Source: Octopus bimaculoides (taxonomy: Eukaryota). Taken from it: DNA of 41,702 nt. The notes beneath the pieces are model-generated. The model saw only the letters and a list, made by a program, of their open reading frames with translations, was not told the origin of the DNA and made no database searches. Positions 12,997-25,030 of this stretch are shown here, piece by piece. The stretch's first letter is position 1; every line of letters starts with the position of its first letter. The stretch spans positions 118,168,624 to 118,210,325 of the forward strand of contig NC_068981.1 of the NCBI RefSeq assembly GCF_001194135.2, written 5' to 3'. The position numbers were made by a program, and so were the translations under genes.

Positions 12997-13032
<36 letters not shown>

Positions 13033-13984
13033 TTTGTGTAAGTCTAATTATATATATATATGGCCCGTGGTCCCAGCCTTCGATGAACCTTGAAACTAAT
13101 GTACATATTATACAACCACTCAGAAATGCATGCTTCCCACAGTCTGACACAGTGAACGACTTTCTTTCAGGTTCAAATATGCCTCAAGCATATTTGAATT
13201 ATAGATCCTGAACGGATAACAAGTTTGTATTTATAGACATCACTGCTTAGCGCTGTCGCCTTATATGTGCGTGCGTGTACGTACGTACGTACGTACGTAC
13301 GTATGTATGTATGTATGTATGTATGTATGTATGTATGTATGTATGTATGTGTGCATTGAGAGAGTGAGAGACAGACAGGACCAATAATAATTTCTCGTCC
13401 TGGTTCTATTTTACCTTCATCATTCGTCAACTAGTTAATTAGTTAATTCTTTAACGACTTAACTACTTAACTAATCGATTGTTTCATGAATCATTCGGTT
13501 AATCGAACCAGTTATGTTTGTCAAAGCCCTTTCGTCGCCTGCTGTCCCTGCTCTAGATCAGCTTCGTCGTCCCAGATACTCCCTCCTGATTTACCGTCGT
13601 GAATACAGCGAACCACTGACAGATCCACGTTTACAAACTTCTGACCGACGACGCTATTGTTCACCATTAAATCTATAACATAAATAAGAAAATAAAATGT
13701 TTGTTTTGTTTTGTTTATTTGCCTTGTCAGTGGATCGATAAAATGAAGCAGGAGTTGTGTGTGATGTTCACCCTTTCTTTTCTCTCCCTCGCAGAACAAA
13801 ATACAGTGACAAAGATAAATTTAGTTCTGAAACTATTGATCCTCTGTTTTAGACCGATCGATCAATCAAAACGTGAGACAGATAAGCAGACAATCTATTT
13901 CGATCTCGGTGCTGAGGTGGGTGGCACGAGTGGGGGTATTGGGGGGCGGGGGGCTAGCGCTTTTTAGTCTCGTGAAGGTAACGG

Positions 13985-14170
13985 GCAGCCAGAATCGTCA
14001 GAGTGTCGGAAACAAAATGCTTTCTACTATTTCTTCCGACTCGGATTCTGAGTTCAAAATCTGACGAGGTCGACAGCGATCGATAAAACAAATACAAGTC
14101 AAGTGTTGGGAGGTGGGGGAAGCAATCTAACCGATTTGCCCTTCCCTTCAAAATTTCTGGCCTATTCCCA
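13985..14170 (+). mobile_element. SINE family B, decayed
   Basis: CAGAATCGTCAG...TTCTGAGTTCAAAATCTGACGAGGTCGAC. Confidence 0.55.
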
Positions 14171-14413
14171 CTGTAACAGAAATACTTTCTCCGGGGGCGG
14201 CACAGTTTAACGCCACCTCCCTCACCTGTGTTCTATGTTATTCCAACTATAGTACTTCATATAGTGCCGCAGTTCAACGCGATCGACTTTCCATGTGTGA
14301 TGTGTATGAAGTATAAAAATACATATTGGTCGGCGACGAGATGACACAGTTTTCAGCTTGCCACGTGACTTATGTAATAACTTGCAGCTTAACGTTGTCC
14401 ATTGTTCTCTACT

Positions 14414-14639
14414 TTAACCCTTTCAGGTCGGGGGTAAATAGCAAGTCTTTTCATGCGGAACGCAAAAAAATATAAAGGGAATGAATACATGATGATAATC
14501 AATAAACTCGCTTATAACACAAATGTGGCTCATACACCACACTTGTCTTCAGAATTTAGCAGTTTTAATCAGCCACACCCGCCCTCTGCAGAAGAAAGCA
14601 AGTTGTGTCAATAAGACACACCCGGTCCTAAAGGGTTAA
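14414..14639. mobile_element. piggyBac-type MITE
   Basis: TTAA|CCCTTTCAGGTCGGG ... CCCGGTCCTAAAGGG|TTAA: imperfect terminal inverted repeats beginning CCC, TTAA duplication, 218-bp non-coding body. Confidence 0.7.
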
Positions 14640-14717
14640 GGCTAACAACTTGCAGTCACTTTGTGTGTACGTAGGTACACGCGTGCGTTTATATAGTATA
14701 TGATATAATATAATATA

Positions 14718-14748
<31 letters not shown>

Positions 14749-14811
14749 CACACACACACACATGTATGTATGTATGTATGTATGTATGTATAATGGCATA
14801 AAAGGCTCACA

Positions 14812-15248
14812 GGCATATATGCTATTGTTAGATTTTTCCTTGTAGCTTTTATTATTTCATTTAGAACTGCTTTGTCTCTGTATAATAGATCATGCGTTCC
14901 TCTGGCCTTCTTCCTACAACCTTTCTGTTCTTCTGACAGTAAATTCTGGTTGTCAAGGTGCTCATAAACACTTTCTGAAAGCATTCCTGTTAACAGCTTC
15001 CACACCAATGGTAAGCAAGTGAGTGGTATATAATTGGTAGCTGTATTACCCTTGCTCTTATCTTTCATAAGGAGTTTTGTTCTCCCTCTAGTCATCCAAT
15101 CCGGTATTATTCGTCTATTCAAGCAATCCTGAAGTTGTTCCCTCAGTCTCCCATGTAAACTCCTAAATTTCTTTCGCCAGTACCCTTGAACTAAATCTGG
15201 TCCTGAGTCCTTCCGATTCAGCATTTTTCCTAACACTTTACTCATCAA
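14812..15248 (-). mobile_element. R4/Dong-type LINE reverse transcriptase fragment (N-terminal RT domains)
   Basis: SGPDLVQGYW...PDWMTRGRTKLLMK...NYIPLTCLPLVWKLLT...EQKGCRK. Confidence 0.85.
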
Positions 15249-15288
15249 TGCACTTGTTAGTCTTAGATCTTCCTTTGGACTTTCCTCT

Positions 15289-15323
15289 ATTTCTGAAGAA
15301 GAGCTTGGCTCGAAACGTTAAAT
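15289..15323 (+). ncRNA. Minimal type I hammerhead ribozyme motif of a second family
   Basis: ATTT-CTGAAGA-A-GAGC(ttg)GCTC-GAAAC-GTT-AAAT: stem I 4 bp, stem II 4 bp. It sits in a short segment (about 15250-15412) ending in (TA)n. Confidence 0.65.
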
Positions 15324-15412
15324 CCTCGTTCCTTCCTTTCCTGAGCGTCTGATAATACACGTCCTCGCGTTATTGTTTTTTCTTGTTTGTCCTCTTTTTT
15401 GTTTGGATTCAC

Positions 15413-15452
<40 letters not shown>

Positions 15453-15921
15453 TAATACATACATACATATTTATATATATGTGATTGTAGTGCAACATAT
15501 ATTAGACAAATATCATTACCAAACAATGATAAAATATTCAGCGTCCTAAGAATGGTAAGAATTTAACAGGCCATGCATAGCTAGTGCGCTGACTGAGATG
15601 GTTCGGACGGCTGGTAATACGAACTGCAGAACAGGCAAGCAGTACCCTTGAATCCCTGAGCCGTGGCATCAACGCGAGAAATAGAATCGGGGATTATTGA
15701 ACGAGGTAGGTAGGTGGGAGAAGGGTATGGGGAGAAGTTCAAAGGTAGTAATGGTGGCGGGGCAGATACAGAGGGAAAGAAGAGGACGATGTCTGATGAA
15801 TGTCGCGTGAAACTCTGAGTAAAAGTTTGGGAAAATTTTTCAGCTTTAATAAAATAGTATAGTACTTAACCTTTGGTATCGTGTACTGCATTTTTACCTC
15901 TTGTTTTGTACCTATGTGCTT

Positions 15922-15965
<44 letters not shown>

Positions 15966-17064
15966 ATGAATGTATGCATGCATGTACATACACCGCAGTG
16001 TATATAGGAAGAGAGAAAGATTGTTAGTAAAAGGCAGCTGTTAATGTGTAGGAGTCACGTGGGGTGGGGTGGGGGTGGCGGTATNNNNNNNNNNNNNNNN
16101 NNNNNNNNNNNNNNNNNNNNNNNNNNNNNNNNNNNNNNNNNNNNNNNNNNNNNNNNNNNNNNNNNNNNNNNNNNNNNNNNNNNNNNNNNNNNNNNNNNNN
16201 NNNNNNNNNNNNNNNNNNNNNNNNNNNNNNNNNNNNNNNNNNNNNNNNNNNNNNNNNNNNNNNNNNNNNNNNNNNNNNNNNNNNNNNNNNNNNNNNNNNN
16301 NNNNNNNNNNNNNNNNNNNNNNNNNNNNNNNNNNNNNNNNNNNNNNNNNNNNNNNNNNNNNNNNNNNNNNNNNNNNNNNNNNNNNNNNNNNNNNNNNNNN
16401 NNNNNNNNNNNNNNNNNNNNNNNNNNNNNNNNNNNNNNNNNNNNNNNNNNNNNNNNNNNNNNNNNNNNNNNNNNNNNNNNNNNNNNNNNNNNNNNNNNNN
16501 NNNNNNNNNNNNNNNNNNNNNNNNNNNNNNNNNNNNNNNNNNNNNNNNNNNNNNNNNNNNNNNNNNNNNNNNNNNNNNNNNNNNNNNNNNNNNNNNNNNN
16601 NNNNNNNNNNNNNNNNNNNNNNNNNNNNNNNNNNNNNNNNNNNNNNNNNNNNNNNNNNNNNNNNNNNNNNNNNNNNNNNNNNNNNNNNNNNNNNNNNNNN
16701 NNNNNNNNNNNNNNNNNNNNNNNNNNNNNNNNNNNNNNNNNNNNNNNNNNNNNNNNNNNNNNNNNNNNNNNNNNNNNNNNNNNNNNNNNNNNNNNNNNNN
16801 NNNNNNNNNNNNNNNNNNNNNNNNNNNNNNNNNNNNNNNNNNNNNNNNNNNNNNNNNNNNNNNNNNNNNNNNNNNNNNNNNNNNNNNNNNNNNNNNNNNN
16901 NNNNNNNNNNNNNNNNNNNNNNNNNNNNNNNNNNATACATGTACATATGTATACGTAATGATGATGATGGCTGTCCACTCGTGAGCGAGGAAGACCATCA
17001 CTGACCATTGCCCATGCAAAATGCCGACAATGCCTGGTGTACGAGCTTATTGCAGAGAGTGAGG

Positions 17065-17120
<56 letters not shown>

Positions 17121-17578
17121 AAGATGGTGGTGGGTGGAGAAAAACCAAGACAAGCAAAGCGGTATAAAGAAACATTCAGATGTACACGTGTTGTATGTGC
17201 ACGCGCGCGTGTGTGTCTGTGTGTCTGCGAAATTGAATATGAAAAGACAGCCGTGAAATACGCTTATTAGAGGAGGTGTAACGAGGTCGTAACTAAAGGG
17301 CTGTTGGTTAGAGGAGTACAAATTAGGGGAGTTGCGATTGAACCAGTTTCTCAAAGAATTTGGCTGATGCAATACTTGTTAGTTCCTCACATTACATAAT
17401 TCTATAATACCTAAACGAGCCGCCCCACCTTCCCCACTCGCTCTCCCGTTCTTGCTTCACTTCCTATTTCCTCCCATCTCTCCACATTTTTGCCTCTGCT
17501 CTCCGTTTCCTTCTCAATCTCCCCACACACTCATATTATATCTTCATATACATATACATATACATATACATACATACA

Positions 17579-17645
<67 letters not shown>

Positions 17646-17649
17646 CTAC

Positions 17650-17681
<32 letters not shown>

Positions 17682-18147
17682 ATATTTATATGTATTTTCC
17701 TTATTTAATTTCTTATATATATATATGGATATTCATATATATATANNNNNNNNNNNNNNNNNNNNNNNNNNNNNNNNNNNNNNNNNNNNNNNNNNNNNNN
17801 NNNNNNNNNNNNNNNNNNNNNNNNNNNNNNNNNNNNNNNNNNNNNNNNNNNNNNNNNNNNNNNNNNNNNNNNNNNNNNNNNNNNNNNNNNNNNNNNNNNN
17901 NNNNNNNNNNNNNNNNNNNNNNNNNNNNNNNNNNNNNNNNNNNNNNNNNNNNNNNNNNNNNNNNNNNNNNNNNNNNNNNNNNNNNNNNNNNNNNNNNNNN
18001 NNNNNNNNNNNNNNNNNNNNNNNNNNNNNNNNNNNNNNNNNNNNNNNNNNNNNNNNNNNNNNNNNNNNNNNNNNNNNNNNNNNNNNNNNNNNNNNNNNNN
18101 NNNNNNNNNNNNNNNNNNNNNNNNNNNATATATAGAGAGAGAGAGAG

Positions 18148-18200
<53 letters not shown>

Positions 18201-18223
18201 TGTACACACACACACACACACAC

Positions 18224-18365
18224 CACGGGTTTCTTTTAGCTTCTGTCTAGCAAATGCACTCACAAGGCTTTGGTCGACCAGAAGCTATAGTACAAGGTGC
18301 CACGCAGTGGAACTGAACCTGAAATCCTGTGTTTGGGAAACAAACTTTTCAACCACCCTGTACCT
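18224..18365 (-). mobile_element. SINE family A fragment
   Basis: Reverse complement of the head/core region. Confidence 0.75.
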
Positions 18366-18727
18366 GTGTGTGTGTGTGTGTGTATGTATGTGTGTGCGTG
18401 TATCTATATTTGTAAATTTGATATATAATTTAATACCATGCATACAATAAACATGGACTCACAAATACACGAGTATGTCTTGTTCATTTCCTTAATACAT
18501 TTTCAATATTTTTCCCTCTTGGCGGGAAAATTCATTGCGCGCTCGTCACTAAACATGCTCCCCGCGCTTCCCCCCAACGACCCACTGTGATACAGGCTTG
18601 ATCTTGCAACGCTATGCTTGTTACACTAACAACTGCCGTTCCACATCCTGTTTACTCCAAAGAAGGACAGCATTCGCCACTTTATAATTCTAAGTACTTT
18701 TTTGATCTCGTCAAAATACCTCTTATA

Positions 18728-19107
18728 ACAGTTCTATATTTAAGAAATTAGGAATTATGTACATTATTTACATTTGACGGACATGCCCACGGGCATATGG
18801 CGTAGTGGTTAAGAGCGCGGGCTACTAACCCCAAGATTCCGAGTTCGATTCCAGGCAGTAACCTAAATAGTAATAATAATAATAAGTGCCCAGATGCAGT
18901 ACCAGGCAGTGGCTCTCATGGCTTCTGATCTTAATTAATTGGNNNNNNNNNNTCGAAAAATACCTTAGGAAGAAGAACCCAGGTTCGAAATTTCCCCAAG
19001 ACTCCGGATGAAGGCTGGAGGATATGTCATCCGAAATATTGTGTTAACAAACAAAATGTCAATCGTAAATAATGTACAAAATTCCTCATCTCTTAAATAT
19101 AGAACTG
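18728..19107 (+). mobile_element. Internally deleted member of the palindromic tRNA-SINE family with inverted ends and a degenerate hammerhead
   Basis: Starts ACAGTTCTATATTTAAGA and ends TCTTAAATATAGAACTGT. Hairpin ATGCCC-AC-GGGCAT precedes the tRNA head (18790-18865). Hammerhead core is mutated (CCGGATGA...GAAAT). Confidence 0.8.
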
Positions 19108-19176
19108 TATTATTAATATCTTTATCATCATTGTTGCTGTTGTTGTTATTATTATTATTTTTATTATTATTATTAT

Positions 19177-19483
19177 TCAGTAGTTTTATTTTTTTAACGT
19201 GCTTTCACTTCACTACCGAGCGCAGCTCTGTGCGCCATGGGTACGTGCTGTGGTTTGCTGTGGTGCACTTATGGTTACTGTACCGAAAGTGTTTTGCGTA
19301 GGATGTGTGCAGTGCCCAGTAGTGCAATTTCCTGTATGTTATATATATTTGTAAGTCCTGGTGTTTTTGTTATGTATTTGTCTGAATATTTTTTTTATTA
19401 TACCTAAGGCACCTACTATGATAGGAATTGTTTCTGTTTTTAGATTCCACATTCGAGTTACCTCTATTTCCAGGTCTTTGTAT

Positions 19484-19487
<4 letters not shown>
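19177..19487 (-). mobile_element. Second short 3'-end copy of the same R4/Dong LINE
   Basis: Near-identical to 20185-20495 and bounded on both sides by (TTA)n arrays. Confidence 0.88.

Positions 19488-19570
<83 letters not shown>
19488..19570. repeat. (TTA)n microsatellite
   Basis: Direct reading; similar arrays at about 5002-5053, 20127-20184 and 23490-23582. Confidence 0.95.
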
Positions 19571-20125
19571 GAGTGAGAGAGCAGTGCATGCCATCAGAGT
19601 GGCACTGGAGTACAAATATAAGAAGCCCAGTACACCCATCATGATTACCCGACTAATAAGTTTACATCCGGCACATGCATCACAACCGTATGTGTGCGAC
19701 ATGGTGATCTCATATCAAGATAAACAGCACATAACCTTGCAGGTGGGGCCCAGTTAGAATTTTCTTCAGGTCGAGTAGCCCATCCTGCTCAAAAGGTCCC
19801 TGAGTAGGGGTTGTTTAAGGTTTTTAAACGAAATACCCAAGTTTCTAAAGGTGAATCATCCAAACCCCAAAGAATTCCTTTTAACACTTGGCTATGATGC
19901 TCCCAACTACTTCTTATTATCAGAGATGCACATACCGTCAGCCACTAAAGGACAGGCTCAACTAGTTAAGGTCAAACAACTGACAAGCAAATCTGTGGCA
20001 CTGAGCAGAATATTTGCTGTAGTCCACGTTTTATAGCATGACAAAACCGTGTACATGATAACACTTCCAATCAGTTAAGATCAGAAGTCATAAGAGTCAT
20101 AGGCTGGTACTGTATCAGGGCATTT
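19571..20125 (-). mobile_element. Non-coding repeat embedded between (AAT)n arrays (possibly Dong-associated)
   Basis: One end (20065-20125) is the reverse complement of 18885-18942, so it is a repeated family. Flanked by AAT arrays; no ORF recognised. Confidence 0.5.
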
Positions 20126-20126
20126 A

Positions 20127-20184
<58 letters not shown>

Positions 20185-20188
<4 letters not shown>

Positions 20189-22112
20189 TAGTTTTATTTT
20201 TATGACGTGCTTTCACTTCACTACCGAGCGCAGCTCTGTGTGCCTTGGGTATGTGCTGTGGTTTGCTGTGATACTCTTATTGGTTACTGTATTGAAAGTG
20301 TTTTGCGTAGGATGTGTGCAGTGCCCAGTAGTGCAATTTTCTGTCTATTATATATATTTGGAAGTCCTGGTGTTTTTGTTATGTATATGTCTGAATATTT
20401 TTTATTATACCTAAGGCACCTACTATGATAGGAATTGCTTCAGCTTTTAGATTACACATTCGAGTTACCTCTATTTCCAGGTCTTTCGATTTTGAAAGTT
20501 TCTCCATTTCTTGTAGGGAAACGTTGTCATCTGCTGGTATTTATACATCAATTAGAAAACATTTTTTTCTTCATGATCTTTGACAACTATATCTAGTCTA
20601 TTGGCCTTAATTCCTCAAACTATGTGTATTGGCATATCCCAGAATATGGTTGCTTTCTCGTTTTCTGTGATCTTTTCTGGCGTGTGTCTATACCATCTTT
20701 TTTCTGTAGTCATTCCATAGTGTTGGCATAGCTTCCAGTGTATATAGGTCCCAGCTCTGTCGTGTCTGTGAATATATTCCTTCTTAGCCAGGACTGGGCA
20801 GCCAGTGATAATATAATTTATTGCTTCTTGTCCATCTCCACATATTCTGAAGTTACTTGTTATGTTTCTTTTCCTTATATGTTTCTGGTAATTTCTAGTG
20901 GGGAGGCTTTGAGTCCTGAGCTTCTCAATCATTGCTGGGATTTTTCTATGTCTATTTTTTTTGCATTTCGTTTAGCCCAGTATTTACCATGTAGGGGCTT
21001 TTCTTGCCATCGTTTTATCATGGTCCGTTGCTGTTCTACTTTTAGTTTGGATTTCATTTGTTTTATAGCTTTTGTTGTTTCTTCTTCTTCTTCTTCTTCT
21101 TCTTCTTCTTCTTCTTCGTATTTATTAGGTAGTATGATTTCTTGAGGGTATTTGTCAGCTTCCTTAAATACTGAAAACAGTTTTTTTGTTTTGCTCGTGT
21201 TTTGTGGCTATTTGTATTAGTTTTCCTTGATTCTGAAGTAGGTATTTTTGCAGTCCTATGGTGGTAATTTTATAATAGTTTTCCAGCTGTATAAGACCCC
21301 TACTACCTTCTGTACGTTGTATATATAGTCTTTCTATGTCAGATTTTGTGTGGTGCATCCTAGATCCTGTCATTATTTTTCTTGTTTTCCTGTCTATTTT
21401 AGATAGTTCGTTTAGTGTCCAGGTAAGGATATAGTAGCTGTAACTTATAACTGGGACGGCTAAAGTGTTAATATCTATTATCTTGTTTTTAGCATTGAGC
21501 TCTGTTTTAAGTATTGATCTAACTCGTCTATAGTATTCTTTCTTTATTTTCTCTTTCATTTGTGTGGGTTGTATCCTATTTAGTTCATTGATTCCTAAAT
21601 ATTTGTATGTCTGGCTTTGGTCCAATTCTCTTATTTCATTGGCTTTATCTAGTGTGATGTTGCTACTCGTAACTAGTTTTCCTCTTTTCAGGATTGCTTT
21701 GGTACATTTTTCTAATCCAAATTTCATATCTATTTCTTTGATAAATCCATGTACCGTCTGTAGTAGTGTTTCCAGCTCTTTATCATTTCTAGCGTATAAT
21801 TTTAGGTCATCCATATATAAAAGGTGGCTGATTGTTTTGCCGTAACATTTGTATCCGCATCCAGTTCTACTTAGCAAGCCAGTTAAAGATGTGAGTGCCA
21901 AGCAGAACAGGAGTGGCGAGAGCGTGTCTCCCTGGAATATTCCTCTTCTAATGGGGATGGCTTTCGTTTTCACGAGTCCCTCTTTTGTTTGCAGCTGTAG
22001 CACTGTCTGCCATTTATTCATAGAGTGTCTGATGTATCTTATAATCATTGTTGCCACCTTGTTTATGGCTAGTGCTTCGAGGATCCACTTGTGGGGAACA
22101 CTGTCAAAAGCC
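20185..22112 (-). mobile_element. R4/Dong-type LINE, 5'-truncated: RT, CCHC remnant, restriction-like endonuclease, 3' UTR, (AAT)n tail
   Basis: KAFDSVPH; RGIFQGDTLSPLLF; HLLYMDDLKLY (ORF 21164-22057); ICGDGQEAINYIITGCPVLAKKEYIHRHD; IFWDMPI and endonuclease region to the stop at 20284. Broken by frameshifts. Tail array about 20127-20184. Confidence 0.92.
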
Positions 22113-22189
22113 TTTTGGGTGGTTACTTCGGTATGCTCTTAATAGTTTTCTGGTTTTTCTATCTAGGTTTCACACTTCATTGATATTCC

Positions 22190-23330
22190 ATTTTATTATG
22201 TTAAAGCTATAATTTATAAACCGGTATTATCTTATTTTTAGCATTAAGTTCAGTGTTTAATATAAGTCAAACTCTACTGTATTTTCAAACTCTCCTAATT
22301 TTATCTTCCATTCTTTTGTTATATATTTGGCTGTTTAGTCTATTCCTAGATATTTGTATAGGCGATTGTAGTCTAATTCTCTGATTTCTGTGTGTATGTC
22401 GAGTGCAGTGTTTTCAGTGTTGATTAATTTGCCTCTCCTCAGTGTGAGTTTGGTACATTTTTCCAGCTCCATGCTCATTCCAATGCCTTTGCTGATACTA
22501 TGGACAATTTGGTGAAGGTTTCTCGGTTCATTGCGCTTTTAGAAAAAGCTTTTAAGTCATCCATGAATAGGAGACGGTTTTTTGTTTGTCCATAACACCT
22601 ATAACCAAGGGTGGCTTCGTTTAACAAGCTTGTTAGCGGGGTCAGAGAATGACAGAAAAGTAGTAGTGGGAGTGAGTCTCTCTCTGGAAAATCCCCCTTC
22701 TGATTGTTATAGGGTAGGTTTTAATGACTTGTGAGTCATTTTTAATGTTATACTGGTTTTCCAGTTTGCTATTGCATGTTTAAAATATTTTAGTAATGTT
22801 GGGGCTACTTTATTTGTGTGGAGAAATTCCAGTATCCATGAGTGTGGAACACTGTCGAATACTTTCTGGTAATCAATCCAAGACATGTTCAGTTTTGTCT
22901 TTATCCTCTTACATTCCTTTATTTTATAAGCCTGTTATAGACAACTGATGTTACAGTTTTGTAGGATTTTGATAGACATGTGATTAGTCTGTAATTTTGT
23001 GGGTATACGTGTCTTTGTTTTTGGGAATTAGGGCGGTTTTTCCTTCTAGCATCCAGTTTGGTGTTGATACTTGCTCGCTTATCAATAAATTGAATGCTAC
23101 CGCTATGTGGTTATTAGTAATGGTGAGGTGTTTCAACTAGAAGTTGGAGACTTTGTCTTTTCTTGGAGTTTTCAAGTTGCTGGTACTCCTTACTGTGTCC
23201 GTGATCTCCTGGAGTGAATCGCCGATGTTAGCATGTCATCTATTGATAGATTTCTTTTGTTTAACTCTCTGTAAAAACTTTTTGTGTTTACTTTCAATAA
23301 TCTATTTTGTTGGAAGAAGCGTTCCCTTTT
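22190..23330 (-). mobile_element. Older, heavily decayed R4/Dong RT copy
   Basis: Recognisable remnants NLKTPRKDKV, NYRLITCL, LPLLLFCHSL, LLFMDDLK with many stops and frameshifts. Confidence 0.7.
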
Positions 23331-23522
23331 TTCATACCGTTTTATGCGGCAAATTTTTGCTGCTATACCCTGCTTAATTGTTTTCTTTTACGCCCCAGCT
23401 ACCTCTTTAATTAATTATGTTGTATTGTTTTGTTGCGTGAACCTTTTTTTCATCATTATCGTAATAATAATAATGATTATTATTATCATGATTGCTATTA
23501 TTATTATTATTATTATTATTAC

Positions 23523-23583
<61 letters not shown>

Positions 23584-23605
23584 CACACAAACATACATAC
23601 ATATA

Positions 23606-23642
<37 letters not shown>

Positions 23643-23696
23643 GTGGGTGTGAGTGTGTGTGTGTGCGTGTATGTTGTGCGCGTGTATGTTTGTGCG

Positions 23697-23800
<104 letters not shown>

Positions 23801-24673
23801 CGTACTTATGTATATGGTGATTTGTTAATATATCCAGTGTGATAATACGTTTCCGGGAATTAGATAATTTAAAAGAAATAATTTTAAAGACTATATTTGT
23901 GCAATCCGAGTTTAGAATATCAGTTTCACTTTTCTCACTAATGTAAAATCTCTCAGTCTGGCAGACAGCGAATTTTGCATTTTTTTTTTTTTTTTGAAGT
24001 GAGACTCGTCTCCGATACGAGAGAAGGAATCTTCTGGGACAGGGAAGCCCTTCTACCAAAAAGGTAAACCCAACTCCTTTTGGAAAGGTGTGAAATTTAC
24101 AGTCAATCAGATACATGATAAAGACACAGAAAGACACAAAACACGTAAAATTACTCAAAGACAACAGCAATATTTGTTATACGATGTAGTTATTGATCAC
24201 ACAGTAGATGGGTCCAACGACAATGATCATAAACTAAAAATATATTATTGAAACGTTCTGAAAGGATTTACGTTCTGTTATATGTCTGCTATGTACGAGA
24301 TGTAAGATTCTAAACATCCTATCTATAAAAAAACATATGGAAAAACTGAGGATTTGTGGTGCAATCAAGTGTCATTACCATAGTTAGCTTCTTCCGACAT
24401 ATGTCTAGTTAATTTGATTCCTTTTGAAAGTAAATTATGGCTTACTTTCTTTTACATATTCCTTGTAACTATATATAATTATATATAATGCTCTAAACAC
24501 GCCCAGACATTCATTGTTTAGCGTTTTCGGTTTATACAATAAAACTTCCAGGATTTTATAAAACTTATTCGTCCCACCCTACACATATTTATAAGGCCTA
24601 TTGGGTGTTTAACTATCTCTATATGTATGGATCGTTGATATATATAATTTCACTCAGTAAACAATAATGAATT

Positions 24674-24730
<57 letters not shown>

Positions 24731-24750
24731 GAGTAGTAGTAGTAGTAGTG
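24674..24750. repeat. (GTA)n microsatellite
   Basis: Direct reading. Confidence 0.9.
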
Positions 24751-24752
24751 AA

Positions 24753-25030
24753 AACTGGCATAATCGTTAGCATGCCGGACAAAAGTGGGTTGTGGCATTT
24801 TCTGATACACGTTCTGAGTTCAAATTTCACTGAAGTTGATTTTCATCCTTTGGAGGAAGGGCTGATAAAAAAAGGACCAACCAAACACCTCTTCTTCCCT
24901 TCAAAATTGTTGGCCTTGTCTAATTAATAAAAAAATATCTTTTATTATTCGTTGCATATCTTGGAAATCACCATTGCCTTTTACCCTTCTGGGTCGATAT
25001 AATGATATACCAGTTAAGTACTCGAGCTGT
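24753..25030 (+). mobile_element. SINE family B copy plus fragment
   Basis: CTGGCATAATCGTTAGCATGCCGG...GTTCTGAGTTCAAATT. Confidence 0.7.

Noticed and set aside
15793-15813. CTGATGA...GAAAC as another hammerhead
   Set aside because: Stem II is marginal and there is no stem I pairing or palindromic stem III.
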